Assembly: GCA_965644265.1 (NCBI GenBank)
Contig: OZ286466.1
Location: forward strand, 41,540,001-41,604,000
From: Glycera tridactyla
Taxonomy: Eukaryota
Direction: 5' to 3'
DNA length: 64,000 nucleotides
The position numbers and the translations under genes are program-made. The notes beneath the pieces are model-generated. The model did not search any database and was not told where the DNA came from. It was given only the letters and a program-made list of their open reading frames with translations. Positions 1 to 12,611 of the stretch are shown in pieces. Within the stretch, counting starts at the first letter, position 1. Each line of letters opens with the position of its first letter.

Positions 1-111
1 GCGAAAATACCCTATTATCGCCCATCGGCGATTTTTCATATGTTGAAACAAATTAGCGCCCCCCTTTCCCAATTAGCAAGCGCCCCGGGGCGCTAATTAG
101 GGAGAATACGG
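1..111. mobile_element. Right end of a CCGTA-terminated (Tigger/pogo-like) MITE, truncated by window edge
   Basis: Ends ...GGGAGAATACGG followed by TA; similar termini at 30875-31016 and 40353-40480. Confidence 0.5.
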
Positions 112-132
112 TATGTATAAATATATCATACA

Positions 133-309
133 CAGTCGAACCTGTCTATAAAGACCGCCTTCGGTCGCATCAAAAAGTGGTCTTTATGAGCAGGTGGTCT
201 TTATAGAGAGGTCATTTACTGTTGAAAATACTACCACGGTTGCACTTCAAGTGGTCTTTATAGAGAGGTGGTCTTTATAGAGAGGTGGTCTTCAGAGCAG
301 GTTCGACTG
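133..309. mobile_element. Tc1/mariner-pogo-type MITE (family M1)
   Basis: TIRs CAGTCGAACCTG / CAGGTTCGACTG, TA on right flank, internal GAGAGGTGGTCTTTATA repeats; related partial copies near 9340-9425, 18607-18764, 19046-19206, 22416-22500, 32190-32360, 39553-39730. Confidence 0.75.
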
Positions 310-878
310 TACTGTTCAATACCATATGTGGGACTGTCAAAACACAACAATGCCATTTATAGGGCTTGCCTATCAATGTATTATCTCCATGTTTTCAACA
401 CAAATATCATACAGAGGAGTCCCCTTGAGACATCCCCCCTTGTGAAACCCTGATTTTACAGTTATGTTTCCATCTCAGGTTGAGTTAGCCTACTACTCTC
501 CCCACCCAGGCAGGCTATATTGACTACACAGCTTAGTGTAACAAACTAAAACCAATATGATGGACCCGAAACTACTGCACAGATCTGAGTCCAATCTCAA
601 GAAGAGTATCACATACATGTCGTTGACAATGACGGGGAATGATTGCGACTGAATTGCGTGATCTCGTCAGCGTATCCGCCCGTTTCAAATGCACACCAGC
701 GACAATGTAATTAAGGCCATGATAGGGTAGTACCGACTTTGGTAACGTAACCCTCCATCATGGACTGATCTTAATGTTCAACGCCACATTTACATCTCAA
801 ATTACTCAGAGACTTGAAAAACCAATCTGAAAGTTTGATGAAACTACTTCAACTTCACAGCTTTTCTTGTTCCCTATC

Positions 879-1095
879 CAGGGCTCTACGCTAAGGGTTG
901 CTCAACTGGCACAGGCAGGCAGATTTGTTGTTAGGGCAGGTGGTTTTATCAGTCTGCTTGCCTGATGGGTACCCAACCATTATTAGACTATGAGTACATG
1001 GAGGAGGGTAGGTGAAAATAACAGGCAGGGCAGGTAAAAATCAAACATCACCTGCCTGAAGCACACCTGAAGAAAAAAGTTAATGTCGAGCCCTG
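879..1095. mobile_element. hAT-type MITE with CAGGGCTC termini (probable 5-bp TSD)
   Basis: TIRs CAGGGCTCTAC / GTCGAGCCCTG; flanks CTATC / CCATC (4 of 5 match); same terminus as 50582-50758. Confidence 0.6.
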
Positions 1096-2242
1096 CCATC
1101 ATGATTGCACAGGGTTTGTGAGAGTGATACAAGGAGGGGAACTAACATGCAGCATTCACAATGCAGAATCCACAATGGATATAAGTCAGGAATGCATTCA
1201 ATGTCTTGTTACATTTTTGTATCACAAATGTACATCATGTTTCCAAATAACATGTCTCAATCTCAATCTCAATAGATCAAGAACACAAAGTATACATGAT
1301 CATTAGCGCTGACACATGCCTTTAAACTCCTAAAAACCAACGAACCAAATCTACTGAAAGTATATCCTCCCCCAAAAAGAATGAGTGATAATAGAGGAAG
1401 AGCTTATGCAATAAAGATTCATGGGCGATTGTTGTATTCTCATAAATATTGAGCCATATTATTCTCAAATAGCTATCGGAAAGGCGATAGATATCATGCC
1501 CGGTCTGATGACAGTCAGGAGCGCGTTGTTTTAGTGTATCGTGACGGTGGTCTGTCACGAATGCTGACAGTTATCACCCTCACCTGGCACCGACTGTCGG
1601 CCAGGATTCTCATCCCATCTTGGCCTGTCAGTCACCCCTCAGCTGATGATGACGACACCATTATCAGTCAGCCCTGATGCAGCTTTGCCCGTGACCAAGA
1701 CCAGAGCTATCTGCCACCAGCTGCAACACACAGGGTGTTCACCCATGTTCCATGATGAAACACTTCCCTGACATGGTAAACAGGGCTCATGGTGGTTATT
1801 GATCTTTCATCACCCCGTAACACCATCCTATCCACTAATTCAATTGAACTTGGGCTGAGTACATACCAATCATACACAAGAACATCTTGCGTGCAAAAAG
1901 GCTATGATGATGACAAATAAGTCAAATGACCAGTGTCAATTCTTTACATGATATAAGCAGATTCCCAGACATCCTAAACAAATTCCTCGACATTTTTCTT
2001 TGACACCACTCAAAAAACATCAATTCAATCGAAAAACCAAAAACTAGCCTACTGTACCTCAGCATGATTATTGCCAGCCGCACCACAGTAAGACCTGTAA
2101 TGAGATACCCCCCTTGATGTCACCAAAAAGTGGTCTCTGGAAAGAGGTGGTCCCAAATGTAAAAGCTGCCCCAAGAAAGTGGCCAAGAACAAGGTGTTCT
2201 CACATAAGGGGTCTCTCATAGCAGCTTCCACTGTATCACACA

Positions 2243-2433
2243 CAGGGGAGATTGTGAGACATTTGTCTCACATTTGAATGTAATGTCTCACATTTTGGGA
2301 CAAATGTCTCACTTCAGTCCCACCCAAAAGCAAACACTTGTAACATTTGTTTCATATTTCTGTAAATTGTCTCAAATTTTGAATGGTGGCGAGACAAATG
2401 TCTCACTTCAGCCATACCTCAGATCCAACACTG
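2243..2433. mobile_element. Truncated copy of the MITE at 57752-57964
   Basis: Shares GAGACATTTGTCTCACATTT core, CTTCAGTCCCACCCA and right terminus CAACACTG; left TIR missing. Confidence 0.6.
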
Positions 2434-2701
2434 CCATCATGCAGCCATGGCAAGTGAGCCTGATCACAGCCCGAGTACATATCTGGTCAGAATCAGCCTG
2501 GTGCCTTGAAGCCATTCTAGATTATGGCCGATGGTACTGATAAGTGAACATGATTCTGTTGAGCTGGGCAATCATCATTCCTGTCATCTCTATTATGCAA
2601 TACAAAAGCTTTCCGCCCTGGAGATTTCATGTTCATATTGATCTGCTTCCATTAGGTTGTTGCCCCTGTATTCAACTTACATGATTGCCTGTCAGTCACT
2701 A

Positions 2702-2860
2702 CAGTCAAAACAAGCGAAGTGAGACCCCCAACAAGAGACCACCTCTGATGGTAGACCACTTTTTCAGGGCAGCTTTTCTATTTGACATAGTCAAATAAAC
2801 CTCCTACGAGAGACCATCTCTTTTGAGAGACCGCTTTTAGGTGACATTGAGGGCGGTCTC
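2702..2860. mobile_element. Degenerate TA-type MITE (family M2)
   Basis: TACAGTCAAAAC start, GAGACCACCTCT motifs, similar to 20402-20578. Confidence 0.55.
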
Positions 2861-2899
2861 TTGGCACTCCATCAGCACTGGATTATGTCAGTGAGAGAG

Positions 2900-3075
2900 N
2901 NNNNNNNNNNNNNNNNNNNNNNNNNNNNNNNNNNNNNNNNNNNNNNNNNNNNNNNNNNNNNNNNNNNNNNNNNNNNNNNNNNNNNNNNNNNNNNNNNNNN
3001 NNNNNNNNNNNNNNNNNNNNNNNNNNNNNNNNNNNNNNNNNNNNNNNNNNNNNNNNNNNNNNNNNNNNNNNNNNN
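2900..3075. other. Assembly gap (N run)
   Basis: 176 N bases, next to the LINE microsatellite tail. Confidence 0.99.
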
Positions 3076-3080
3076 CGACA

Positions 3081-5923
3081 ATAAGATAAGATAAGATAAG
3101 ATAAGTAACTTTTATTTTTCATTCACGGATAACAAAGTAAGATATACAGAGATACCAGATTTTCAACATCCCGTGACAAGTATAATTCAACATGATGAAC
3201 ATAAGATTAAAGCCTGCACATGGAGAAAGAGGAAAATGGTGTTAACCATATGAAAGATATGCTGAAATCTTTTCAGACAAGCTACTCGATAAAATAGTAC
3301 AGCTATTGATCGAAAAATGGAGTCAATTACATGGCTACATAATAACTAGAGTAAAACAGGTGATAGATGACACATAGCATTCCGTAACTATGAACCACTG
3401 CTTTCATAGTTGCTAGATAAAAAATATAGCAAATATTGCCTTCCTTAAGAATGTCAAATGTGAAATTGAAATACGACTAGTGCAATCAACGTGTTTGAAG
3501 CCATTTGAATAAATGATCTTTGAAAGCTTCTTTGGTAAGAGTTTGTAATTCTTTAATTTCAGGAGGAATCTTATTCCAGCTTTTTGGGCCCATGTATGAA
3601 AAGCTTTTTTGAGATTGACAGGTCCGGAAAAGTGGCAATTCAAAATCACCTCTACCAGCTCCCCTTGTCCCATGATCATGGGCAGACTGTAAAGGGGTCA
3701 GAAGTGATTGTAAATACATGGGTGCTTTCCCGTTGATGCACTTGTGCATCAGTTGTAATAGATGCATTTCTCTGGCTTCTGAAAGACGTAAAATGCTCAA
3801 ATCGGCATGGAGTGCATCAGTGTCAGACCATCGATTTCTAAGAAGGATACATCTTAGTCCTTTATTTTGTTGTACTTGTAGTAGATACGCATCCCTGCCA
3901 CTTATAGAATGTAGTACTGAATCACAGTACTGAAACAGTGGAACAATGAGCGCTTTGTACAATTTGAGTGCTGATTTCAAGCTGATGAACTCCCTTGCTT
4001 TTGATAGGAGAAAAAGCCTCTGGCTAATCTTTCTTGAGATGTATTCAATGTGGGGGCTAAATGACAGCAACGGGTCAAGTATGACACCCAGATACTTGAA
4101 ACTCTCAACCCTTTCAATAATCTGACCAGCAATGGATACTGTTGGAAATAGACGTACTGAGAGCGAATATCTGGTTCCAAAAATCATCACTTTTGTTTTT
4201 GACACATTCAGGAACAGTTTGTTTGTATTCAACCATTTCTCTATGTGGCAGAGATCGTTTTGAAGGTTCCTCATGAGGACCTCCGGATCACTTTCATTGC
4301 AATAGATCGCTGTATCATCTGCATATAACGCACTATCAAAGGTCGTGAGAATCTGGGTGATGTCATTGATGTAGATAATGAACAATAGAGGTCCAAGAGT
4401 TGACCCCTGGGGGACATCACAGGTGACTAGTTTCTCATCAGATAGAGTGCCATTGATTTGTGTTCTTTGCATCCGGTCAGATGAATAGGATCTGAACCAG
4501 TGTAATTCAACATCAGTTATACAGAGTTTTTTCCAATTTGCTGAAAAGCCGGGCATGGTCTACGGTATCAAACGCTTTCTTAAAATCTAAGAAAGCAACT
4601 GCAGTGTTGAGACCTGTGTCAACTTGTCTTAGAATTTTATCTGTCAGATGGACTAGTGCCGTTTCGGTGGAGAATCCTGGACGAAAGCCTGATTGTGAAT
4701 CATTCAGAATATTATGAATACGAAGGAATTTGTATAACTGATTATGAACGATTTTTTCCACGAATTTAGACATGAAAGGAAGAATTGAAATAGGGCGATA
4801 GTTAGACGGATTGCTTCGATCTCCATCCTTGAACAAAGGTGTCACCTGTGATGTCTTCCATGAACCTGGAACAATACCGTCACGAAGGGAAGAACAGAGC
4901 ATATCATGTAATAACGGTGCTAAAATGTCTGCCCCATCAATGAGAAATCTGGCATAAATTCCCAGAAAGCCAGTCGACTTTCCTACCTTCATACTTGCTA
5001 ACAATGATTGGATGTCTGAGAGAGAAGGCTGGTCAAACTTAAAATTCTCTCTACCACCAGATAAGACTGGCTCAGTATCGAGAACCGGTCCAGAGATATC
5101 TTTGCTTAGTTTGACACCAATTTCTGTGTTGAAGTCATTGAACATATTCGCCATTTCGAGCGGGTTGGAGCTTCCTCCGAGGTCAATGATATGCGTTGAC
5201 TTCTGTGCATTCGATAAGAATTGTGAGAAAATTTTCCATGTTTGTTTAGGATTCCTCTCATTGGCTTCCAGATTTGATAAGAAATAAGATTTTTTTCAAG
5301 ATTTTTGCAGTATGGTTTTTGATATTTCTGAGAGCATGAGCCGCAAGTATATCATCTGGTAATAATGATGCACGGGCCTTTGATTGGGCATCTTTGAAGT
5401 CATGTATGATGGAGATATAATCCTCTGTCAACCAGGGAACATTATCAGTTCTAATGTGCATCAATTTGTAGGGTGTAACAAGATCACAAACTTGTCCTAA
5501 GACCTCCAGGAAAAGATTAAAAGTGTCTTGCAAGTTATCAGTGGCATGAAATAAACTCAATAATCTCGCTTGGAGGACCGATCTGTATCTATCCTTTGTG
5601 TAACTTTTGAAAGTTCTTGCAAAGACTTCTTTCTTTTCCTTGCAGGGTTTGCCAGATTTTCTGATGGTAAGAATCAGGTCATGGTCACTCAAACCTGAAG
5701 ATATGACCATCGAGGCACGATACAGATCAGACCTATTCACAAAAATTAAGTCCAATAAAGAACTCCTGATCAGTGAGATTCTGGTTGGTCTTGTTACGAG
5801 CTGTTTTAGACTCTGTGATCGTTCCAGATTTTTGAGTAGAAATCTATTGGGACTATTCACCAGATAGTCGATGTTGACATCTCCAAGGACTATCAAAACG
5901 ATGCTGCAAACGGAATCGGACAA
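3081..5923 (-). mobile_element. 5'-truncated non-LTR retrotransposon, L2/CR1 group
   Basis: APE endonuclease C-terminal motifs (LGDVNID, SDHDLI); RT motifs (NYRPISILP, QSGFRPGFST, FLDFKKAFDTVDH, PQGSTLGPLLF, YADDT, KYLGV); 3' UTR ending AATAAA then (CTTAT)5 tail at 3081-3105. Confidence 0.9.
3486..5923 (-). pseudogene. LINE ORF2 (APE + reverse transcriptase), broken by two frameshifts
   Basis: Three consecutive ORF pieces 5258-5923, 4513-5154 and 3486-4556 continue one another after frame changes near 5290 and 4530. Confidence 0.85.
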
Positions 5924-7470
5924 TCCAGTAGTCTGAGAAGACCAGTAGATTCTGAAATCTAGTGGTCCTCAATTTTTTTTAGTGGTCCGCAGAATACAAT
6001 ATGCTCCATAGAGAGAATCCTACCTCTCAACATGACAGTAATTGCATTTTGTTTTATGTCAAAATCATGTGCGTCACATCGATATGGTGGTAAAGGTCAA
6101 GAGAGCATTTCTGAAAGATCACAGGCAGTCTTCGCTCATTCTTCACTCCATAATGATGATGATTGGGACCGAGGAGAGAGAATTAGAGCCCACACAACCA
6201 TCTTCTAGAAAGGGCAAAGTTGTTTGTACAAGGACACCCATGAGCCATCACACCTAAAGAAGAGGGGCAAAAAAACAGACTGTGCCCTTGCTAGTTTACT
6301 TTCAAGCTTTTTCCAGGCTTTATTTTCTTCACTTACAGTCAAACCTGTGTGAGCAGCTAACCTGAGTGGCAACTGCGAAAAGTGGAGGTGTCATTTTCTT
6401 CATGTGAATCATTCAAGATCATCACAATTATGTGTGATAAGTTACCTTTTGGTGAGAATTGAATAAAATATCTGTTATATCCCTAAACTAGTCACACACC
6501 TTTTTTTCAACCTCAAGTATTCATCATGTATACGGAGGTGGAAATTCCAGATAATTTCTCCTCAATATTTGTAACAGAGATACATGATATGGAAGTTGCT
6601 ATAAATAAATATTATAGAGATATGCACAGTGGCTTCCAAATAGTGGAAATGGCATTTGTATCTCAATCTTTATCTCACTCACTGCTTTTCTGACAATGAC
6701 AATGACATAGTCTTTAATGGCGTGATCAGCAAATAATACATGAGTACAGAGATACATGCCAAATATAGAAATAAGAAAGCCACACAAAAGTCAATATGGG
6801 AATTGAAATGTCAGGCGATGTTTGAGGCATGTCTTGGCAGAAAAACATGATAAAACTGTGGAGCGAACATAATGCATTGAATATGGTAATGCATATATCG
6901 CTCTGGTGACGAAGATGAATATGGAAGCATATGAGGCTGCAAAAATAATGGTGATCATAAATTACATTCCAGCAGCCAGCGTATACATATGAATTACCGA
7001 AAATGGTATGCAAATATTGCTGATAATAAGTTCTTGTCATGCTGCTTGGGTGCACAGTAATGCTTATATTGGAATAGCTGATAGCTTGCCTTCATTTCTG
7101 ACTTTGGGGACTATCAGATCTGAACCAGTAGCAAATAGATAGAGCAAGCTACGGCCACTGATTTATCACGTGATCAAGAATGCTTGTAGAGTAGTCAAAA
7201 TGTCGTGATCATTTCAAAACATCGTTCCAAAGTAAGTGAAAATGAAATGATTTCAACAGATCCAAACCAATTTGGTGTCAGGTAGGACTTTTCAACAGAG
7301 ACTTGTACAATGGCATGACTTGACCAAATCTACAGGAAGTTGGATATAAACCGGGTCTCTGGATCAGTGTTGCTGAACCTAAGAAATGAATCGGTACTTT
7401 CAACCACCATATTACTGCCTGATAAACTGAGGGCAGTATTGGGTGGTTGACAGGGGAAATGTCTGGATTC

Positions 7471-7827
7471 TAGTGTTGGCAATTGGTTGCATTTTGAGAA
7501 TCGATTATCGGTTAGTCCAACTGATCGATTATCAATTATAATCGGTTTGCAACACTGGCACCACAACCACTACCTTGTTTCACCAATTTTTTGTCTCCAG
7601 AATCATACATATACACATGTGTATGCAGAGCTGTCCGCTAGGGTAAAGGGATTGTTTTGGGTGGAGGAGGATGACAGGATTTTGACTTCACAGGCTGGAT
7701 TTCCATTGAAATATATGTGCTGACTCTGTTCCCATTAAATCGATTCCACATCTCTGCAATCGATTGTCTAGTTGGCCACCAAGATCTATGGATAATAGGG
7801 TATTAATCGATAATCATGACACCACTA
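7471..7827. mobile_element. hAT-type MITE, 8-bp TSD
   Basis: TAGTG termini, perfect TSD CTGGATTC (7463-7470, 7828-7835); second copy at 44345-44713. Confidence 0.9.
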
Positions 7828-7881
7828 CTGGATTCAAAATACTTATCAAATAGAAGGCAGTCAACCAGACACTCAGCACTA

Positions 7882-8050
7882 CAGTGAAACCTGTGACGAA
7901 AGTATGCCATAAATGAGGAAGTGGTACCTCAAAAGAGGTGGTTTCTCGTAAGAGGTATTTTGACCATGTCAAATAGAAAATCTGCCCTGCAAAAGCAGTC
8001 TCCCGTCGGAGGGGGTCTTGGCAGGGGGTCTCTCCCCACAGGTTTCTCTG
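7882..8050. mobile_element. TA-type MITE (family M2)
   Basis: TA|CAGTGAAACCTGTG ... CACAGGTTTCTCTG; similar to 48831-49007. Confidence 0.7.
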
Positions 8051-8308
8051 TGATATATTTTCATTTCTCCCCAAACAGACCTAAAGATATGATGGTTATG
8101 CATTGATTCCTTGATAATCCAGGTATTTTTATAGATCTATAGAATACATGGTGAGCATGTAGTGGAAGGATTATGTTAGTGGTTTTGGTGGTTAAATCAG
8201 CATGTTCATGTCTGGATTGCATGATGACATGATCCAGCATTACTTCTCATGATCCAATCTGTGTATGAACTGATCACATCACATCTCTCTCTCTCCCTCT
8301 TCTTCCTT

Positions 8309-8527
8309 NNNNNNNNNNNNNNNNNNNNNNNNNNNNNNNNNNNNNNNNNNNNNNNNNNNNNNNNNNNNNNNNNNNNNNNNNNNNNNNNNNNNNNNNNNNN
8401 NNNNNNNNNNNNNNNNNNNNNNNNNNNNNNNNNNNNNNNNNNNNNNNNNNNNNNNNNNNNNNNNNNNNNNNNNNNNNNNNNNNNNNNNNNNNNNNNNNNN
8501 NNNNNNNNNNNNNNNNNNNNNNNNNNN
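8309..8527. other. Assembly gap (N run)
   Basis: 219 N bases between a CT-rich tract and a (CA)n tract. Confidence 0.99.
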
Positions 8528-8589
8528 TGTTTCCAGAAGAGTGGTCACATAATCAGAACATGGTCTTACATGCCTAATCAGGCACATGT

Positions 8590-8653
8590 ACACACACACA
8601 CAAACACACACACATGCACACACACACACACACAAACACAAACACACACACAA
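8590..8653. repeat. (CA)n microsatellite
   Basis: Direct observation. Confidence 0.95.
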
Positions 8654-9778
8654 ACCTACATGCATCAATATCACATGGTATATTTGCCTCTTTTGTGGCT
8701 ATTCTAATCAGTGTCACAGATGTCATCATCATCCTTATCATCTTGGCTAACAAACACAATCCACATTTTATAAGTGCTATCATTGGTTGGGTTCCAGTGT
8801 CATAACTCATAAGCTTATGCATGCTGGGTTCCTATATTACATCAGTATTTCAGCTATTGCTAATCAAAGAAGGCGAATGCTGAATTCTTTGAAATGATTT
8901 GCTTGTGGCACATGGTTGTGATGAATACTTTCCTAATTTCATTTGTTTTGGTGAAAGAACGCCATCAATTTTTTACATTTTGGTGAACTGATTTGATGAA
9001 ATGCTTTCTGATTGTTTCCAAAGTGCTTCTCAAATTGCTGAAGTTATTTCCATTCTGATAAAATCAATTGCCATAAGATTGTTCCTGCCAGAAGATCCCA
9101 TCATTTTCGTGAATTTCAAGGGGATGATTCAGTGCAGTGGTTAGGGTGCAGCAATTAGGGGTGCCGGCAATGGGTGGCTTACCCAGAGGATATGCCATCA
9201 TTCAGCGTTTTGCAGAAAAATACAAAAAAGGACACATTATTGACCTCTTTAAATTACAGATCTGATCAGGCCCTGCATCAGGCTCACAAGACATGACCAC
9301 AATGAACAGACCACCCAGGGTCATGACCTCAACAGTATTTTCTATAGTGAATAACCTCTCTATGAAGGCCACCTATCTACAAAGACCACATTTTGATGTG
9401 ACCAAAGATGGTCTCAGTAGACAGGTTGAGGGTACATGCACATGAAGCACACAGGCAGCATATGTGAGCCATAAATCATGCCGGCCAAGATCATGATTAG
9501 TTTGCATGCATCAACTCCCGGGTCAATTAATATGGCCTGAACATGCCTTAATTGACTGGTTACAAGAGCATGGCTAGCTGAGCAGAATAATATGCAATCA
9601 ACCAATCTGACAGGCTCCAGTACACATACACACACCCGTATAATGCTCGGCCAAATACCCCACCATTATCATCCAAACCAATCTCGTCCAACTATCCAAA
9701 ATTCAACCAATATCAAATTTGGACCAAGATATTTCACATAAAATGCCTTGATGAATATGCTTATTATTGTATTTACAG

Positions 9779-9837
9779 ATCTGCTTCATCAGAAAATAGC
9801 CTCCATTCCCATGTCCTTCATACCAACCTTCTCACAA
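9779..9837 (+). CDS. Putative internal exon of an unidentified host gene
   Basis: TTTACAG acceptor and CAA|GTATGG donor; open frame (D)LLHQKIASIPMSFIPTFSQ ends in phase 0; no homology recognised. Confidence 0.25.
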
Positions 9838-10389
9838 GTATGGTTGATCAATGTTGAATAGATATTTTTCACCATGAAATTATTCCAAAATATAAGCTGG
9901 GAAATGAAATTTGAGAATCAGGATAAAGTAAAGATATACATAAAATGATATCACACAGGTTGTAAGGTTCAATGACTAATACATATTCTGGCTCATGAAA
10001 CAAGTGAAGACAGCATCAACCTTTATGCTTGAATATCTTTATGCACTGCAGAGGATTTGCAGTAAGCTCCACTGAATTCATTGCAATTCTGTATGAGCAA
10101 GGTCAATGAAACCACTTCATATCATTTTCCCCAAGGCTAGATATTAAGAAAGGTACACCTGACCTCAACAGAGATCACAAGACATTTGATTCAATGTTCA
10201 TAATTCTAATCCCCAATTTTGTTAGTAGATCAGTTCTTGGTGATCTGGCTTCCAACATTCGATATCTGGAAGTTATGAAGAACATACTTGTGATGTTAGT
10301 TGGGTAGTGCCATCCAGGTTCTCTGTGGTACCGTGATGTTATTCAACATCAGCAAAAGCTCCAATAAGATGGGTGACCAAGTCTCCTAA

Positions 10390-10590
10390 GGCTGGGGTTC
10401 CTGCTTTGCTTTCTCAAATTCACCCTGACTGAAGTATGAAAAGGAAAACATTACTGTATTTGAGAGAATTCTCTTGATATCTGGCTGAGGTTGGGGCTGG
10501 GGCTGGGGCTCCTGTTTTGCTTTCTCAAATTCACCATGACTAAAGTATGAAATAGAAAACATTATTGACTTTAAGAAATATATTCTCTTG
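10390..10590. repeat. Imperfect tandem duplication (111-bp offset) with (GGCTGG)n expansion
   Basis: TTTGCTTTCTCAAATTCACC..GACT.AAGTATGAAA occurs twice; minus strand reads GEFEKAKQEPQP twice. Confidence 0.75.
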
Positions 10591-11392
10591 ATAGCTAATC
10601 CCAAAAATTTGAGGCTAATCTTCTGGATTTGGCAATATTTTATCAAGTGCATATGCACAGAATGGACAAAACGTTATCAAACTCGTTTTGCTGTCATTCG
10701 GTGATCCCTCATTGCAGTTTAGATTGTACCATACATATAATCCATTATATCATATGTAATGCTATCGTGAGACTTACTATACTTCAATGAAAAATGACAT
10801 TCATTCAATTACACTTGGTGTTACTTGAGTGTACGATGTACTCAAGCTGGTAATGTTATATGAGATCAATCTGCAGATGGGAATTACATATCCCTCAGCA
10901 TTTAATCTATTCTTGCTGTCAGTCACAATAGAGATAGGGAGAGGAGTTGGTGCAAGTAAACAATATGCAAGCAAGCTGGAATGGAGGCAATCTTGCAGAT
11001 GATAAAAATCAACATATGGAGAAAAGACTGATGAGCAACGCACTATATCAGTACTGAGCCATCAATGTATCATTCCTAATCTGAAATCTCTATTTGTTCG
11101 AACTCTGGAGAAACTATATATAGTATATGAATTCCTGGAAAAAATCTGGGATAACAAACTTTTTGTTCACTTGGTTGATTCTCTTATGAAGGGACAGAAT
11201 TTCATAATTCATTTCATATTCCTGTTTTTTTGTCATTTCCTGATAGAAGAATCCTTCATATAATAGCAGATGCAATGAAACCCCAATAAGACCAATGAGA
11301 TCGTTTGGCATTTAACAGTATGTATCAACCCAGCGGATTATGTATGCCATGTGTTCCTGGTTAATGTAGTCAAGATTTTCTCTCCCCTGCAG

Positions 11393-11527
11393 GCATCACT
11401 CTCAGACACCCAAAACACAAGATGTAGGGACCCTAAAAGGTTGTTATGTGGAAGTAGCAGTTCAGACACACCTCTATGTAATCTACAGGAAGCTGACACT
11501 CATTTTGAGCAAAGCGCATCACATGAA
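11393..11527 (+). CDS. Putative internal exon of an unidentified host gene
   Basis: Strong acceptor TTTTCTCTCCCCTGCAG and donor GAA|GTAAGA; 135 nt, open in phase 0 (ASLSDTQ...SASHE). Confidence 0.35.
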
Positions 11528-11787
11528 GTAAGAACAAGCATTGGGTTCAGAGTATACTATACCGATATGATCAATTGTAATCGGACAACTGTAAAGCAGC
11601 TTCACAATCAGAAACGGAAACAGGAAGTGAAATCTGTAACTTTCCTGAGTATAATGGAAACTGATTCCCAAAAAAATATTGAGAAGTGTCTGAGTCACCC
11701 ATCTAACAATCCCATCCTTGTGTTTTTGATACCATCACATACACCTCCTATGCAAATCCACCTATTTTGTAAGACCAGTCTTTTTTC

Positions 11788-11977
11788 CAGGGATGTGATT
11801 GGTTCACAACCAAAAACCCTGATATTGTGACCAGAGGCAATAATTCTGGTCCAATTTTCATGATCTAAAATCCATAACAATCAGCATAAAGTGCTCTTCT
11901 GAGGCATACATATGGATTGCTGCATTTGTGATCAAAAACTTGGAAAGCTGCAGATGCAAGGAACAATCACATCCCTG
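11788..11977. mobile_element. hAT-type MITE with CAGGGATGTGATTG TIRs
   Basis: 14-bp TIRs; longer copy at 58114-58404; solo end at 57455. Confidence 0.75.
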
Positions 11978-12361
11978 TTATTGTCAATTAAGGTGAACTC
12001 TCAGTGCAGGTATCTAACAACAAAACTTTTTTTTTGTACTGTGATCATTATTTCAATTTGCCACACACGCTGGATATGAATGAAGAGATATGAAAGTTTG
12101 ACTTGACACTGGCATCAGCCTTGTAAGCCAGAGCTGACACCGCTCACACAATGTTCAATATGGGCCCCCATTGATATTCAGCGTGGGTTACATTTGAGGC
12201 GGAAGCTGTCACTCAACGAACCTGACAGATGTCTGATTAACGAACATCCTGAGGTGCATACCTCAGACACTGATTTCGACACACTGACATATTATACCAA
12301 CACCTACCAAATATTCATCCACTATTCATGTCAGTCAGAAAGTTGAACAATGGTCATCATA

Positions 12362-12451
12362 CAGTAAAACCTGTCTTAAGTGAAAAGTCACAGGACCAAA
12401 TTTTTTTTTCACTTAAGACAGGATTTCACTTAGCACAGGATTTCTCTACTG
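12362..12451. mobile_element. Short TA-type MITE (family M3)
   Basis: TA|CAGTAAAACCTGTCTTAAGTG; similar to 60612-60788. Confidence 0.55.
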
Positions 12452-12475
12452 TTTGTCTGATATGGATAAGAAATA

Positions 12476-12610
12476 CAGTGAAACCTGTCATGAGCATAAC
12501 CTCTCTCGAATGATCGCTTTTGTTTGCCAAAATACCAAATACTTTTTAAATGACCTGTGACAAGCGATCACCTCTCTAACATGACCAGCCACCGGTCTAA
12601 ATGGTAGCAA
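12476..12610. mobile_element. Left part of a TA-type MITE interrupted by the Penelope-like element
   Basis: TA|CAGTGAAACCTGTC terminus, ACCTGTGACAAGCGA motif; a similar ACCTGCAATAAGCAA resumes after 16283. Confidence 0.6.
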
Positions 12611-12611
12611 G

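Noticed and set aside
1505-1790. CTGATGA motifs as hammerhead ribozyme cores (also 16558)
   Set aside because: No stem II, GAAA and cleavage-site stems in the required arrangement
1096-2441. CCATCATG after two different MITE right ends as the TSD of a composite element
   Set aside because: No matching left terminus at 1104; treated as coincidence or target preference
2861-3122. ORFs containing X runs (also 8249-8707 and 32581-32889)
   Set aside because: Artefacts of translating N gaps
9121-9190. tRNA/SINE-head-like A box (CAGTGCAGTGGTTAG)
   Set aside because: No B box or cloverleaf could be built
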